Assembly: GCF_006345805.1 (NCBI RefSeq)
Contig: NC_042999.1
Location: 32,860,001-32,924,000, forward strand
Source: Octopus sinensis
Taxonomy: Eukaryota
Reading direction: 5' to 3'
DNA: 64,000 nucleotides
Part shown: piece after piece, positions 26,062 through 38,808 of the stretch
Position numbering within the stretch: the first letter of the stretch is position 1
How the letters are laid out: every line of letters begins with the position of its first letter
The notes under the pieces: generated by a model
Databases searched by the model: none
Seen by the model: only the letters and a program-made list of their open reading frames with translations
What the model was told of the DNA's origin: nothing
Program-made: the position numbers and the translations under genes

Positions 26062-26689
26062 CATGTATATATGTATTATAATAAAGGGTAAAAATCATTA
26101 ATGCTTTTACCAGTGTGTCAGCGTGGAAATAAATCAATCGTTAGGCGGTAGCACACGACAAACACGGTGGTCAAGCGGTAGTATATGACAGAGTCGGTAT
26201 AAGCATTCGTTACCTCTGCTCCACTTTTCCGGGATACCTTTAGGCCCATTTCTAGGGAGAGAGTGGACACCCTGGTCGTCTCCTTGTCCCAATTTCAGAC
26301 CAAATCTCACACCGATATATTCAACCGATCCATCCGTCCAGCGCTCCACGCCGTTATTGCACGGCATGGACATGTCCCTCCTGGTACCAAACTACAAGTC
26401 TTCTGAATTGTCATGGTAGAACCACCCTTATGTTTTACGGTTGTACCAGACATTCAGCCTTAAATGCTTTCCCATCTCTGCGACGCACGAAAGTTACACC
26501 AGATGTACTGAAAATCTGGGTAAAAATATGAAAAATAATATTAGCTTTATGTTGGGCACTTTTTGTTATATATATTGTGAGCAACAAACCAGTTACATTA
26601 AGTTTATATGTTGATTGAATGCATGTACTATCTTATACTTACTTTTATCAGACCATATGACTTTCGACCATTGTTTACTGCTCCAATTT

Positions 26690-27353
26690 GAATGATTTTT
26701 TTGGCCAACTGAAGATGTTTTTCCATATTCGCTTCAGAAACCCATGGCTTCTTCCGCGCTTTGCAGCCTTTCAGACTCTATACTACAAACCTTCTAACAG
26801 TTCAGGTTGATATTTGTGACGTACATGCTTCGTCGAAATCCGCACAGAGCTCTGACGATGTTTCTGAGCGGTTGATGGGTGATGGATCTGTCATCACGAG
26901 GTGATTTAACCTTTTTTTCTACCTGTTCTTTGTATAGCCCTTCCATCTTTTGTCTCTCTGAAGCGCTTGAGAGTCGTTTGCACCACACATCGAGAACATT
27001 TCATCTTCTGCGCAATTTGCTTTGAGACATTCCATCTTCATGATGAGCTACGATTTTATCTCACTCACACTCACTCAACCTCCTTGTGTTTGGCATTTTA
27101 CTGTTGATTAACTCTATTTACAACGTATTTTGGAATAAAACTCTGAAATAATGAAGGAAACATACGTTCATTTTCGACGTATGTACAGTACAGTATAAAA
27201 GGGGTAATTGATGCTTAAGGAAGGTCAACCAGATATCAAAACCAATATATATTGTGAAATATGCCATAATATACCATGTACACGAGTTTCATCAACATTG
27301 AGATAGCAGAACCCCAAAACATTGGGGTTGCCTAATACTTTTGGCCAAGGCTG
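26690..27353 (-). mobile_element. Tc1-like transposon 5' remnant
   Basis: Terminus (minus strand) TA-CAGCCTTGGCCAAAAGTATTAGGCAACC; decayed HTH region DGMSQSK..QKMKCSRCVVQTTLKRFRET...GRK. Confidence 0.75.
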
Positions 27354-27375
27354 TATATATAGATAGATAGGTGTG

Positions 27376-27381
27376 TGTCTA

Positions 27382-27472
<91 letters not shown>

Positions 27473-27495
27473 CTATCTATCTATCTATCTATCTA

Positions 27496-27540
<45 letters not shown>
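27376..27540. repeat. (CTAT)n-(TA)n compound microsatellite
   Basis: Direct reading. Confidence 0.95.
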
Positions 27541-27544
<4 letters not shown>

Positions 27545-27546
<2 letters not shown>

Positions 27547-27780
27547 CACGTTGGTCTAGTTCACTCAGCTGTAGAAATGAGTTGCGACGTCACAGGTGCC
27601 AAGCTGTATCGACCTTTGTCTTTCCCTTGGATAACACTGATGGTGTGGAGAGGGGAGGCTGGTATGCATGGGCGACTGCTGGTCTTCCATAAACAACCTT
27701 GCCCGGACTTGTGTCTAGGAGGGTAACTTTCTAGGTGCGATCCCATGGTCATTCATGACCGAAGGGGGTCTTTACCCCTT
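27545..27780 (+). mobile_element. 5'-truncated SINE body
   Basis: Begins with cactcagctg..aaatgag, a domain shared with the minus-strand SINE copies at 62289-63045; different 3' tail (caaccttgcccggac...catgaccgaaggggg); lies between microsatellites. Confidence 0.6.
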
Positions 27781-27847
27781 ATATGTATATATACATATGT
27801 ATGTGTGTCTCTGTGTGTGTATGTATGTATGTGTGTATATATATATA

Positions 27848-27951
<104 letters not shown>

Positions 27952-28439
27952 GTAGATAGACAGCCAGACAGACAGGCAGAAAAATAGATATATTCTTCAT
28001 GTTTTGATTTCTGTCATTGAGCGACAAATTTTATTGTTATTTCCACGCACGATGAGGGTATTAAGCAGCTGCAATGCACATACTTTCGTGCAGGCGCTGA
28101 TATAAGATATTGTCTATGGGGAAACAGTCTAAGTGTAGTTGACGAGAAATATATCTCCAATAGAGCAGGGCTCAATTACGTCTGCTACAGAGAAAAGTAT
28201 ATATTTATTAACTGAAACAAATGCTTTAAATCCCCAATATTATTACTGTGAAAATTAACATTTTATTCGTAAACAGGTTTGCGTGTTGTTTTGAAGATAA
28301 ATCAACGTCTTGCGGAAAGCAGATAAAATAAATTAAATAATTTCACCAGCACAAAACAGATTTATGGTAATCAAATCATGGACTTAAGAGATACGTTTCA
28401 ATAATTTACCTGCTCTTAAATAACTAGGAATGTAAACAT

Positions 28440-28840
28440 TATAGTCGTGGCAATGTGGTAAGAAGCTTGCTTCCAACTACTTGGCTCAAGCTTGCATCGC
28501 ACTGCGTGGCACCTTGGGATAGTGCCTCCTGCTATAGGTTTGTGGCGACGAAAGCCCTATGAGTGTATTTCGTACACGGAAATGGATGTGCGTATATTTC
28601 CGTCTGTCTGTTAGTTTGTATGCGTCTTCGTGTCAGAGTGCCCCCCAGCTCTCATCACCGATTGACAACAGGGATTCGTGTGATTACGTTCGAGTAACAT
28701 AGCGGTTAGGCAAAAAAAAAGCGATAAAATAATACACTTCAGAAAGAAGTCCTAGGGGCGATTTGTACTACTAAACCCTTCAAGGCGTTATACCAGCATG
28801 GTCTCAATCAAATAAATGAAACTATTGAAATGATAAAGGA
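28440..28840 (+). mobile_element. SINE family A (diverged)
   Basis: gtggcaatgtggtaagaagcttgcttcc...caccttgggatagtgcc...cagcatggtctcaatcaaat. Confidence 0.85.
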
Positions 28841-29119
28841 ATCATTATTCATGAACACAAATAAGTATTTTTCACAACTGGCTGTTCAGTGCATTAAGTT
28901 ACTATCAATTCAATTTGTAAAAGACACTATCTTTAATAATTATGAGCCTGCAGATGGACAGGCCTTCTAAAGTTCGACACAATAAATAAATCTTTTAAGG
29001 TATATATCTTATTTCCTCCAGTGATTAGACTGTGACCATGCTGGGACAATTCCATGGATTTTTGGTCGAAAGACTTTAACCCAGTACCTATTTTTCAATT
29101 GCATGTGCTAAATGTCAGA

Positions 29120-30170
29120 GGGGGATAGGATAAACTACCTGCATGAACCTTTAAAAACAGGTAGTAATGTTATTCTTACTACAAGTTTTCAAGTGTGCTG
29201 TTCGATTTAAACAGTTATTTTTCGAAGCTATAATGGAAGTGACGAAGGAACATATGCATAATATCTTGCTTTATAAATTCAATAAAGGCAACAAAGCAAT
29301 GGAAGGTGCGAATAATATTAATGCAGTACATGAGGATCGGACAATAAATGTAAACCAGTGTCAACGAACGGTTCCAGAGATTCCGAGTCAGAATCTACAG
29401 TCGAGAAGACGAGCCTCATCTAGGAAAATGTGTAGAACTCAACAAGGACTTCCTGCAAAATCTTGTGGAACAAAATTCCTGTTGACGAACTAGCAGTGAA
29501 GATTGGATTTTGTCACTAAACTATTCATCGACACTTACGTGCCATCGAAAAAGTCAACAAATTAGGTCAAAATGTTCCTCACAAATTTTCCAAGTCTAAC
29601 CACGCGCAGAGTGTGAATATGTGATCTTCTTTGCTGTCACATCTCACGAAAGAACCATTTTTGAACCGAATAGTGACTGGTGACGAGACAGGGGATCTCT
29701 ATAAAAATGACAAGTGCCGAAGACAGTGGATAGGGAAAGGAGAAACATCGGTAACGCAGACTAAATATGGTCTTCACCCACGTAAAATGTCATCTGTTTG
29801 GTGGAATATGAAAGGCTTAGTCCACTTTGAACTTTTAAACCCAAACCAAACATTGACAAAAGAGATCTTGTGCGAGCAGATTTAGCGACTTAAATCAATG
29901 CTAAAAGAGAAAAACGACCGTCTTTGGTTTAACGATGACAGGTGTTCTTCTATCAGGATAATGATCGGCCACATACAGGGGGTATGACATTCCAAAGGCT
30001 GGAGCACTTTGAATGGGAAACGACGACCCACCCGCTGTATTCACTGGACATGACCCCATCTGATTACCATTCATTCCGAAGTCTTTAAAATCATTTGTAC
30101 GGAAAAATATGAATCCTGTAGATGAGGTCAGAACAGTACTGGGGGAATATATGGCTCGTTCTGAAATATA
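29120..30170 (+). mobile_element. Mariner (DD34D) transposase pseudogene
   Basis: From the ATG at 29233: MEVTKEHMHNILLYKFNKG...; FLNRIVTGDET; SVWWNMKGLVHFELL; QDNDRPH; HPLYSLDMTPSDYHSFRSL. Multiple stops and frameshifts. Confidence 0.92.
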
Positions 30171-31059
30171 TTAATAACCTTTCTTCTTCAGATTTCAGCA
30201 GATGCTAGTGTACTATAATACTCTATAGTTTCAGTGGAACTTAAAATAGGATTTTAGGAGTATGTTGAAAATTGGTATGGTGGAACGAATTCATTAATTG
30301 ACTGATAGATACCAAGAAGAATATCCAAATTGCGAACAACGAGAAAGACATAAAGAAAAGTAATAAGTGTGAATAATGGGATCACTTCCTGGTGAAAAAC
30401 CGTGAAAGGAAGCCCAGGTGTATCAAAGCTACGAGGAAAGTTTTTCGTTCAAGTGATTTAGTTCCACATAAATTGGAATATGTTGGATTTAAAAGAACTA
30501 GAGAACGATACAATAATAAATAGACAGAATACATAAGATAGTTTATAATTTATAGCTAGAATATATTTCCGATGTGTTACGCGAGCAGAAAAGTGAAATG
30601 CGTCTCCATTCTAATGGATTTAATGTCTATTGATTACTTTTGACAAATTATGAATAATTGCTGAAGGAGATGAATATATTGTAACCCTGATGAATGTTAA
30701 TTTGGTATTCTATTACCCATTTTATAGAGACATATTGGTTTATAAATTTGTAGCTGTCGCGTCCACACAATAAATCTACTCACTATATCTTCGAGTACGT
30801 ATTAATGCAAATTAGATTTAGTGGTCTCAAAAGTAATCAGAGGAGACAATGCTTCAAACAATGAAATTTGTAAACGACAGAATGAGAAAATATATATCAT
30901 CAAGAGGTTGAATGGATAGTTAAATATTAAATTCTCCTGTTACAACAGGACAGCTCCTCTTAGATATGCAAATATGCATACGTTGTTACATACACACACA
31001 TCTCTCTCTTTATCTATCTCTGCATATGTATGTGTGCATAAATAAATGCAGTGCATGGC

Positions 31060-31064
31060 GATAT

Positions 31065-31149
<85 letters not shown>

Positions 31150-31239
31150 GGATAGGTACATAGATAGATAGATAGGTATATAGATAGATAGATAAACAGA
31201 TAGATAGATCGATGGATATATAAATAGATAGATAGATAG

Positions 31240-31313
<74 letters not shown>

Positions 31314-31341
31314 ACAGATAGATAGATCGATGGATATATAA

Positions 31342-31406
<65 letters not shown>

Positions 31407-31420
31407 AAGAGAGAGAGAGA
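31060..31420. repeat. (TA)n-(GATA)n-(GA)n compound microsatellite with internal duplication
   Basis: Direct reading; the interruption aaacagatagatagatcgatggatatataaa occurs twice. Confidence 0.95.
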
Positions 31421-31440
31421 AAATGTAATATCATAATATA

Positions 31441-31700
31441 CAGGGGCTGGGCAAAATATTGGAAACACCTTAAATTTCAAGCAAATTTATTTTAATATAG
31501 GGGTAGGACCGCATTTGGCAGTAATTAGAGCTTGAATTCTACGAGGTGTGGACGCGTAGAATGTTCGAATTCTTTCCAAAGGAATTTTTCTCCATTCTTC
31601 AGTTAAAATAGTCTCCAGTTTTTGTAGTGATGAGTGTAGAGGATATTGACTCCTTACTTGTTTTTTTCTAAAATGCACCATAAATCTCCAATAATATTTA
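31441..31700 (-). mobile_element. Tc1 terminal fragment, same family as 44534-45774
   Basis: TA-CAGGGGCTGGGCAAAATATTGGAAACACC end; C-terminal LETILTEEWRKIPLERIRTFYASTPRRIQALITAKCGPT on the minus strand. Confidence 0.85.
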
Positions 31701-32152
31701 TCACTTTACTGATGATATAACTGAAAATTCTTAAATGTGCTAAGCTTTCAAATAAATATTAATAAACTGAATGGAGTCAGTGCCTCCCTACAGAAACACA
31801 GAGGTGCACATCAACGCGTATATCTATATATATTTGTTTGAGATACATGACTAACATGTGTGTGTGTGAATTTCATCGTTATATTTTCTTGTATCCTGGA
31901 AGGGTCACAATAACTGCTTCATCGAAAATTTGCCAAAGAATTATGCTGGAATATTATTACAATATATAAGAAATGATGTATCGGAGACTTGTCGTTGAAA
32001 ACACTGGAAAGTAACCGCTCACCAGTTTACAATTTAAGCATAAATTGAATTGCCAACTTAACCCTTATTTCAAAGAATATATGCCACCAATTGAAGATGT
32101 TATTATTATTTCATACGCACACCTTAGTTAAAACAAAAATCAAAAAGATAAT

Positions 32153-32552
32153 GTGGTTGTATAAAGTCAACATAACGTGACATTCCCGTAGAGGGAAAAA
32201 CACCACCGCTATATAGCCCTAGGAAGCATCGACGCTTCTTGTCGGCTTTGACACATTTCCTGTGTCCTTATATTCGCAAAGGGGAGGCAAGCACCCCCAC
32301 TAGCTAGGATTAGCAACCTGAATACATGCATGTTTCTGGGTATTGCCCGACATCAGTTCAGGGTAGCGTGTCCCAGCTAGCGGTGATACTTACCAAGTCT
32401 TTGCGAATATATCTATTTACAGTGAAATTTATTCACTGGTCACCGTAATTAGAAATATTGAATTTCTAAATGTTTCAACGAGTCATGAGCGGTGGTGGAG
32501 CGATAAAGTGGCTGTATAAAGTCGACATAACGTGACAGTCCCGTAGAGGGAA
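32153..32552 (+). repeat. 45-bp direct repeat (32153-32197 and 32508-32552) bounding an unclassified repeat
   Basis: gtgg.tgtataaagtc.acataacgtgaca.tcccgtagagggaa occurs twice. Confidence 0.8.
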
Positions 32553-33010
32553 TTACACCATATTATTACACCAAAGATAATGAAATAACAAATCCAAATT
32601 GATCCGTCCAGAGTAAATGAAAAGAACAAAACAAGAAAAGTTCCGTAAAGAATAAGATAATATAGGAATCTCTAGATTCACGCATTTATCAACGCCTAAG
32701 GCGTTACGTGAAGTCATTTGTGGTGGCTGATCGCACAAAGAGCATTTACTTTATATTTTGATACTGATGTGTGCTATCTAAATTTTGTCAAGATTTTATG
32801 CCTTCTAATTGGTCTATTAGCGCACTAGTTACTGTTACATATGCTAATATCAAAATATTTTTATTGCTATTATTATATTTATAGTATCACTACAAAAAAT
32901 ATTACTGGAATTACTATCTAATTGGTTAAGTCTCCAATTATTGGAATTATGCATGTAATTTTATTAATTATATGGCGTTGCTTATGTATGTGTGTGCGTG
33001 TGTGTGTATG

Positions 33011-33081
<71 letters not shown>

Positions 33082-33311
33082 ATGTGTGTGAAGTGTATTT
33101 GCCATATAAATGTGGCTAACCACTAAGGGTGGATGCTAATGTAATGTAACTTGTAGCCCCAGGAGAACATCTTCTCCAAATGGCTAATGACATACTTTCT
33201 GTGCCCTACCAGTATTTGAAAAAGGAAGCCGTCCTTCCCATCGTCGATCTGACGTCAGTGCACGACAATCACCAGTCTTCGATGCGGAGGGGTCTCTCGT
33301 TCAGAGATTTA

Positions 33312-33346
<35 letters not shown>

Positions 33347-33401
33347 AAGAAAGAGGGAAAGAGAGATTGATAGATAGATAGATAGATAGATATATAGATA
33401 C

Positions 33402-33489
<88 letters not shown>

Positions 33490-33960
33490 ATATATATCTT
33501 CGAAGCAAAGGTTACATAACCTAGAATTCGTATCATATTGGGAAACATTTCTTTTTATGAGGAATCTGAAGTTGTGTTATACATTCTTTTTCATTCAGAT
33601 TCTGTATTTGGTTGCCGAGTGATGAGTTGTTCCTTTTATCTTTAATTTCAAATTACGTAACTTGAATATGCCATAGAATCTCCGTCTTTTTAGATAAAAT
33701 TCGTTAAACATTACCATGTCGTTAATTTTTTTCGTTAATCGCTAGACGTAAGTAATTGCTTAAAGTACCATATCACAAACCTAATGAAAATCTGTGATAT
33801 GTAATTAAATGTTCTAATCTTGCAGGCTCATTTATCAATGCAATTATAAAGAGCGTATCTCATGGGGTATCACTTGTTTTAGCGAATGAAATGGTTTTAA
33901 ATTGCATGCCTGATACTATAATGTAGACCTAGGAAGCGCACGTTATATTTAAATATATTC

Positions 33961-34500
33961 CTAATAATAACGCAGACGAAAATTATAGGAAGAACAACTG
34001 GGAACATGGGATAATAAGCAAAGAGGGATCATCGGATACCTGCAAGAAACATAAACATGAAGGGTAAGAAATGCATTAAATCCACATGAAGAAATAGCAA
34101 GTATAGTACTACGTGTAAAATTGAAGAAAAATAACGAAAAAGGTAAAGTTAATATATACCTCAAAAGATGAACGTATAAATTGCCATCACCATAATAAGT
34201 AATATAGCAGTAGTATATTATGGTATAACCCTGTATGTGGTCTCTAACTATCTTCTAAATATGTGAGAACTTTCTGAAATGCATTACATAAGCAATTCCA
34301 AGGATATGCAACTGACACAAGAGTAATAATAGGGAACTTTTCCAAGAAAATATTAATACTAATAGTAAATTTGGTAGTGGCAGAGAATACAGAAATAATC
34401 GTAACGATAAAAATATGTGGAATGCTTACACTAGCATATGTAACGGAAACGTTATCAATACGGGTTCCAAATTTGGGCTCCTGTCCAGAATTTTTAGATA
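33961..34500 (-). pseudogene. Possible decayed membrane-protein coding segment; unverified
   Basis: About 180 codons in one frame with two internal stops, hydrophobic (...LCQLHILGIAYVMHFRKF...ILTLPFSLFFFNFTRSTILAISSCGFNAFL). Confidence 0.2.
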
Positions 34501-35404
34501 TGGGCTTCGTCGATGAAATGGTACTGTATTGCTTTTTCTTTATTTATCTATCATCCTATCGTGAGACTTTTAGTTTGTTATGCAATGCGGACATTAATGG
34601 AAATGATGCGGATGAAGTGTGTGGCTGCAGAAAGTGATGGCTTTTAATGAACATGAGCTGGATTGATATGCTTTGTAGACTTCTTTTTATAGTACCACTC
34701 CCGATAATTTTGGGTCAGAACTTGAATATATATATATGCGTGTGTGTGTGTGTGTGTGTATGTGTGTATGTGTGTGAATGTGGGGGTGTTTAGGTGTTCA
34801 ATTTAATTAATTGAATAAGAAAAACGTGTATACGTTCTTATTAACATTTATTTCTATTCTGGATATCGAGGTATTTGAAAATCTTGTTGATCAACCTAAA
34901 TTCGCTTACGACAAGAAGGATATGATATAGTGCCTAGGAATATCGTAGAGAAGCACACACCACTGCACTACAGTTTGTAAATGAAATTATCGAATCGTTC
35001 CATTTTGCATTGTTCCGATACTCTAAATACCGTATCTGAGAAAAGGGAATACTAAGAGCGCTAAAAGAAATGGATAGTGAAAAGGTAAGTGTATAGGTTC
35101 CACATTGGCGTGTTTGATGAAAGAAAACATGTTTATAGTCATTTATCCGCCTGCAGTCTGTGATTCTACACCAAAACACATGCATAATACACGAACATTT
35201 TGCATTGAACTCTTTTGCAAATAATTAATTTGGATATTTTTACTTTGAATACAAATTTATATTCGGCCTACTTACTTACAATATAAGTTTCTCTGCTGTT
35301 ACATTGATAAATGGTTTCTGCTAATCATTTTAGTGTCACACTATATAATTTAGATTTAATGTTGAGGAATGGTTCTCTTAGGTATACACTAACAAATATA
35401 TAAA

Positions 35405-37130
35405 ATGATAATAAATAATAATGGAATTGTCGTAAACAGTGCTCAGGTGCACTACCAAATTCTTGGAAGCATGGGAATTTTGAAGGATGCAGTGTTTCGA
35501 CAGCCAACAGGTTGTTTATTCCATGCTTCTACAATTCTGAATGGGAAAATATATTTCCGAATGTCATTGGTGTTGTGTTGTTGTGTTGTTTTTTTCACTT
35601 TGTATGCATGTCCACGGCTGATTGAAATAGAAAATTCAAAACGGTGCTCAACGTTGTTGTTGGGAAGATGGTGCATTGTTTTGTGAGTTTCTTCCGAGTC
35701 AGTTGCCAAACTTTTCAGCTTTAAAGTGCCCATGCCCAGGAAAGCAAAGCGTACAGATTATGTTCCAATCAAAGCGAGTGGTTTGGAGTTGGCAGTGCTT
35801 CTCCCCTCTGCCTATAAGAGACAGATTGGCAATGATCACAGCATGATTGGGGTCACATCGAGGTTCCTTGGTCGTAACACTGATATCAGTTTCGAGAGTA
35901 GTAGTAAACAGCAAATTGTTGTTACTTTTTTTTTTAGGGTGGGTAAATATCTATGACCAGTTTGAGTCCAGAAATCATCTGGACTTTGTGGTTAATGAAA
36001 AGTTTCCCAATCAATTTCAGGGTAGTTGAAGTCACCAGCAATAGATTCATAAGCGGCTGTTGTCCTTGATGCAGTCCTGAGAATTTCAAAAGCTGTGTGT
36101 TTTGATGGTTATTTGCTGGGCGATAAACAACTCCAAGTATCAGGTTTGAGACACTTATGCGTAATTTGCAAAAGAGCCACCCCTGTTGTAATTAGATCAA
36201 ATCGCCACAAGAAATTGCTGAATGTAGATAAACACACCGCCTCTACCAACTTAAGAAACAAGTTGTAACCAACTATGCCAAAACCACCATCACAGTATAG
36301 AAAGTGTGCTCATCCTTGTGTGGGTGTGATGAAATCGGAGTCAATAATTTTGATGTAGGAGATAAAAAGGCACCTTGTTACGCGACCTTCGGTCATTTAA
36401 ATGTAGGAATTTGAAATGGGATTTACCCCCATCATGACGATCTACAGATGATATATGTGTTTTGTAGTTCAGTGGCAACACTGAGGATAGTTTTGTATGG
36501 AGTTGTGTGTGTGTGGAGTGATGTTCTAAGTGTTGATGGTGGGTATGTGTTCCTAGAGTTTGGGATATACGACGTTGGATCTCCAGGTTTAGGTAGGTAT
36601 TCATGTTCCCAACACAATTTAAAGAAAACGAATTTCCTCTTTGCCAAGTCATTTGATTGGATGATATACTGCGCATGTTCATTTATGGAGTGGTTTTTCC
36701 GTAGTTATTTCTTCTTTGGTTGGTGTTAGGAAGTGGAATGCGGTTATATTTTGTTTTTGTTTCACTTACCCGTTGCAGTATATTTTCCATTTGTGTTGTA
36801 CCTTTCAGATGGTGGAAGTTGAATTCCAGGTTCTGGCATGTCTTTAGAGACAAAGGATTCTGCCACAGCTTCATATGGAAGAAGGTGCACCTAAGGCATT
36901 TTGTACACCCACATTTAAGGTCAGGGCAATGGGATCTGTATTTGAGACATTATTTGGGGTGAAAGTATGTAAAATCTTTTCCATATTGACAGGTGTCTTT
37001 AATAATACTATGACACACGGAGGATGGAAGAAAGGCACTAGCCATATGTTGATGGTGTTGTAGGGATAGAATGTACAGAAACCCTGATAATGAAAACGAC
37101 AGGTTTTCTTGAAGTGGAGGAGGTTTTTCA
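35405..37130 (-). mobile_element. CR1/L2-type LINE, internally deleted (APE endonuclease and 3' end kept, RT missing)
   Basis: APE motifs KFLHLNDRRSRNK, RGGVFIY, LGVVYRP, IAGDFNYPEIDW and an SDH-like EPRCDPNH are joined directly to the C-terminus LGMGTLKLKSLATD...RGHAYK...IRKYIFPFRIVEAWNK and a 3' tail. The 5' limit is approximate. Confidence 0.85.
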
Positions 37131-37154
37131 ATTTTGGCGTGCGGGGTAGAGGGA

Positions 37155-37169
37155 GTATTGTTATTATTA

Positions 37170-37253
<84 letters not shown>

Positions 37254-37400
37254 TTGATGGTAGTGGTGGTGGTGGATATGGTGGTGGGTATGGTGGTGGT
37301 TGCGGTTGTGGTGGCGGTAGTAGTAGTACTAGTGGTGATGTTGTTCTTGTTAGTGGTGGTGGTACTAGTAATAGTAGTAGTTGTTGCCGTGGTAGTGGCT

Positions 37401-37437
<37 letters not shown>

Positions 37438-37443
37438 TAGTAA

Positions 37444-37498
<55 letters not shown>

Positions 37499-37505
37499 TG
37501 CTGCA
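37155..37505. repeat. (TTA)n-(GTA)n-(GGT)-(GCA)n compound trinucleotide repeat
   Basis: Direct reading; source of ORFs 36950-37645, 37109-37588 and 37134-37526. Confidence 0.95.
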
Positions 37506-37561
37506 GTACCAGCAGCAGACTCCTGAAACGAATTCTGACCTGTCATGATAGAAGTAGTCTG

Positions 37562-37960
37562 AAGGCGGCGAGCTGGCAGAAACGTTAGCACGCCGGACGT
37601 GAAACGCTTCGCGATATTTCGTCTGCCACAACGTTCTGAGTTCAAATTCCGCCGAGGTCGACTTTGCCTTTCATCCTTTCGGAGTCGATTAAATAAGTAC
37701 CAGTTACTGGGATCGATGTAATCGACTTAATCCGTTTGTCTGTCCTTGTTTTTCCCCTTTGTGTGTAGCACCTTGGGGGCAGTAAAGAAATAAGAAATGC
37801 TAGCATGCCGAGCGAAGAGTTCAAATTCCGCCGAGATTGACTGTGCCTTTCATCCTTCCGGGTTCTATAAATTAAGCACGTGTTGTGTACAGAGGTCGAT
37901 CTAATCGACTGGCTCCCTCTCCACAAAGAATTTCGAGCCTTGTTTCCAAACTAGAAATTA
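37562..37960 (+). mobile_element. SINE family B, full copy followed by a partial second copy
   Basis: ggcggcgagctggcagaaacgttagcac...gagttcaaattccgccgaggtcgactttgcc...aaagaaataagaa, then a second gagttcaaattccgccgag. Confidence 0.9.
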
Positions 37961-38808
37961 ATAGTAGTAGTTTGTTGTGGTGGTGACACGCAACTTACTA
38001 TTGTAGGTTTTGGTTGTATTAAGTCAGACGGTGAAACCAAAGTATATGCTATTTGCTGCTGGCTGGTTGTTGAGTGGAGCCCTGAACTATTGTCAGATCC
38101 GTATAATTTCTAGTTTGTCAGTACTTTAGATATCCGACGACAACTGAGAAAAGCTTCATTTATATTGAGAAAATTCAAAACAATATTAACCATTCCTCAT
38201 GCTTTTGTATTATTTTTTTCTCATTCTTATGAATAACAAAATCTACTATGAATATTAGAATACTTCTGCAATTGTCATTTACAGAAAGTGCGATATGGCT
38301 AGAAGAGTTATCTTCCTGAATATATCAGTAGTTAAGATATACTTCAAAATTACAAAGAATCCAGTCTGCAAGAAATTGGATATGTCAACTGATATTACTA
38401 CAATAACTTTCTTAAGAATTTAGACAATATTCAGCATTGTAAACTATATTTCATATTCATAAACTATTCCCTTTAGAAGAAAATACTTTGGAGAAGAAAG
38501 ACCATTACTTCAACATTAAATTATATATTTTCCTCACAATGGAAATTGTGAAGTGCGTATTTTTTTGTATATTTATTTCAAGGAATAATGCCACCCATAC
38601 GCAGATAATCACAGAAACGCACATACGCATGTATGTGTGTATATAAGCGTGTGTATGTATATATATAGATACATATATATATATGTATGTGTGTGTGTGT
38701 TTGTGTGTGTATGTGGTGTATGTGTTATTATAATATAAATACAAAATAAATTTATGCATATATACATACATATATGTACATACCTACATATACATGCATA
38801 TATGGGTA

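Noticed and set aside
36950-37645. 231-aa Thr/Asn-rich mucin-like ORF
   Set aside because: It is a compound trinucleotide repeat bridging a SINE and a LINE remnant, open on both strands.
37990-38500. Minus-strand FLADWILCNFEVYLNY...IALSVND, superficially like GPCR TM3
   Set aside because: Many stops nearby, no DRY-like motif, and an alternative frame is equally hydrophobic; cannot be supported without a search.
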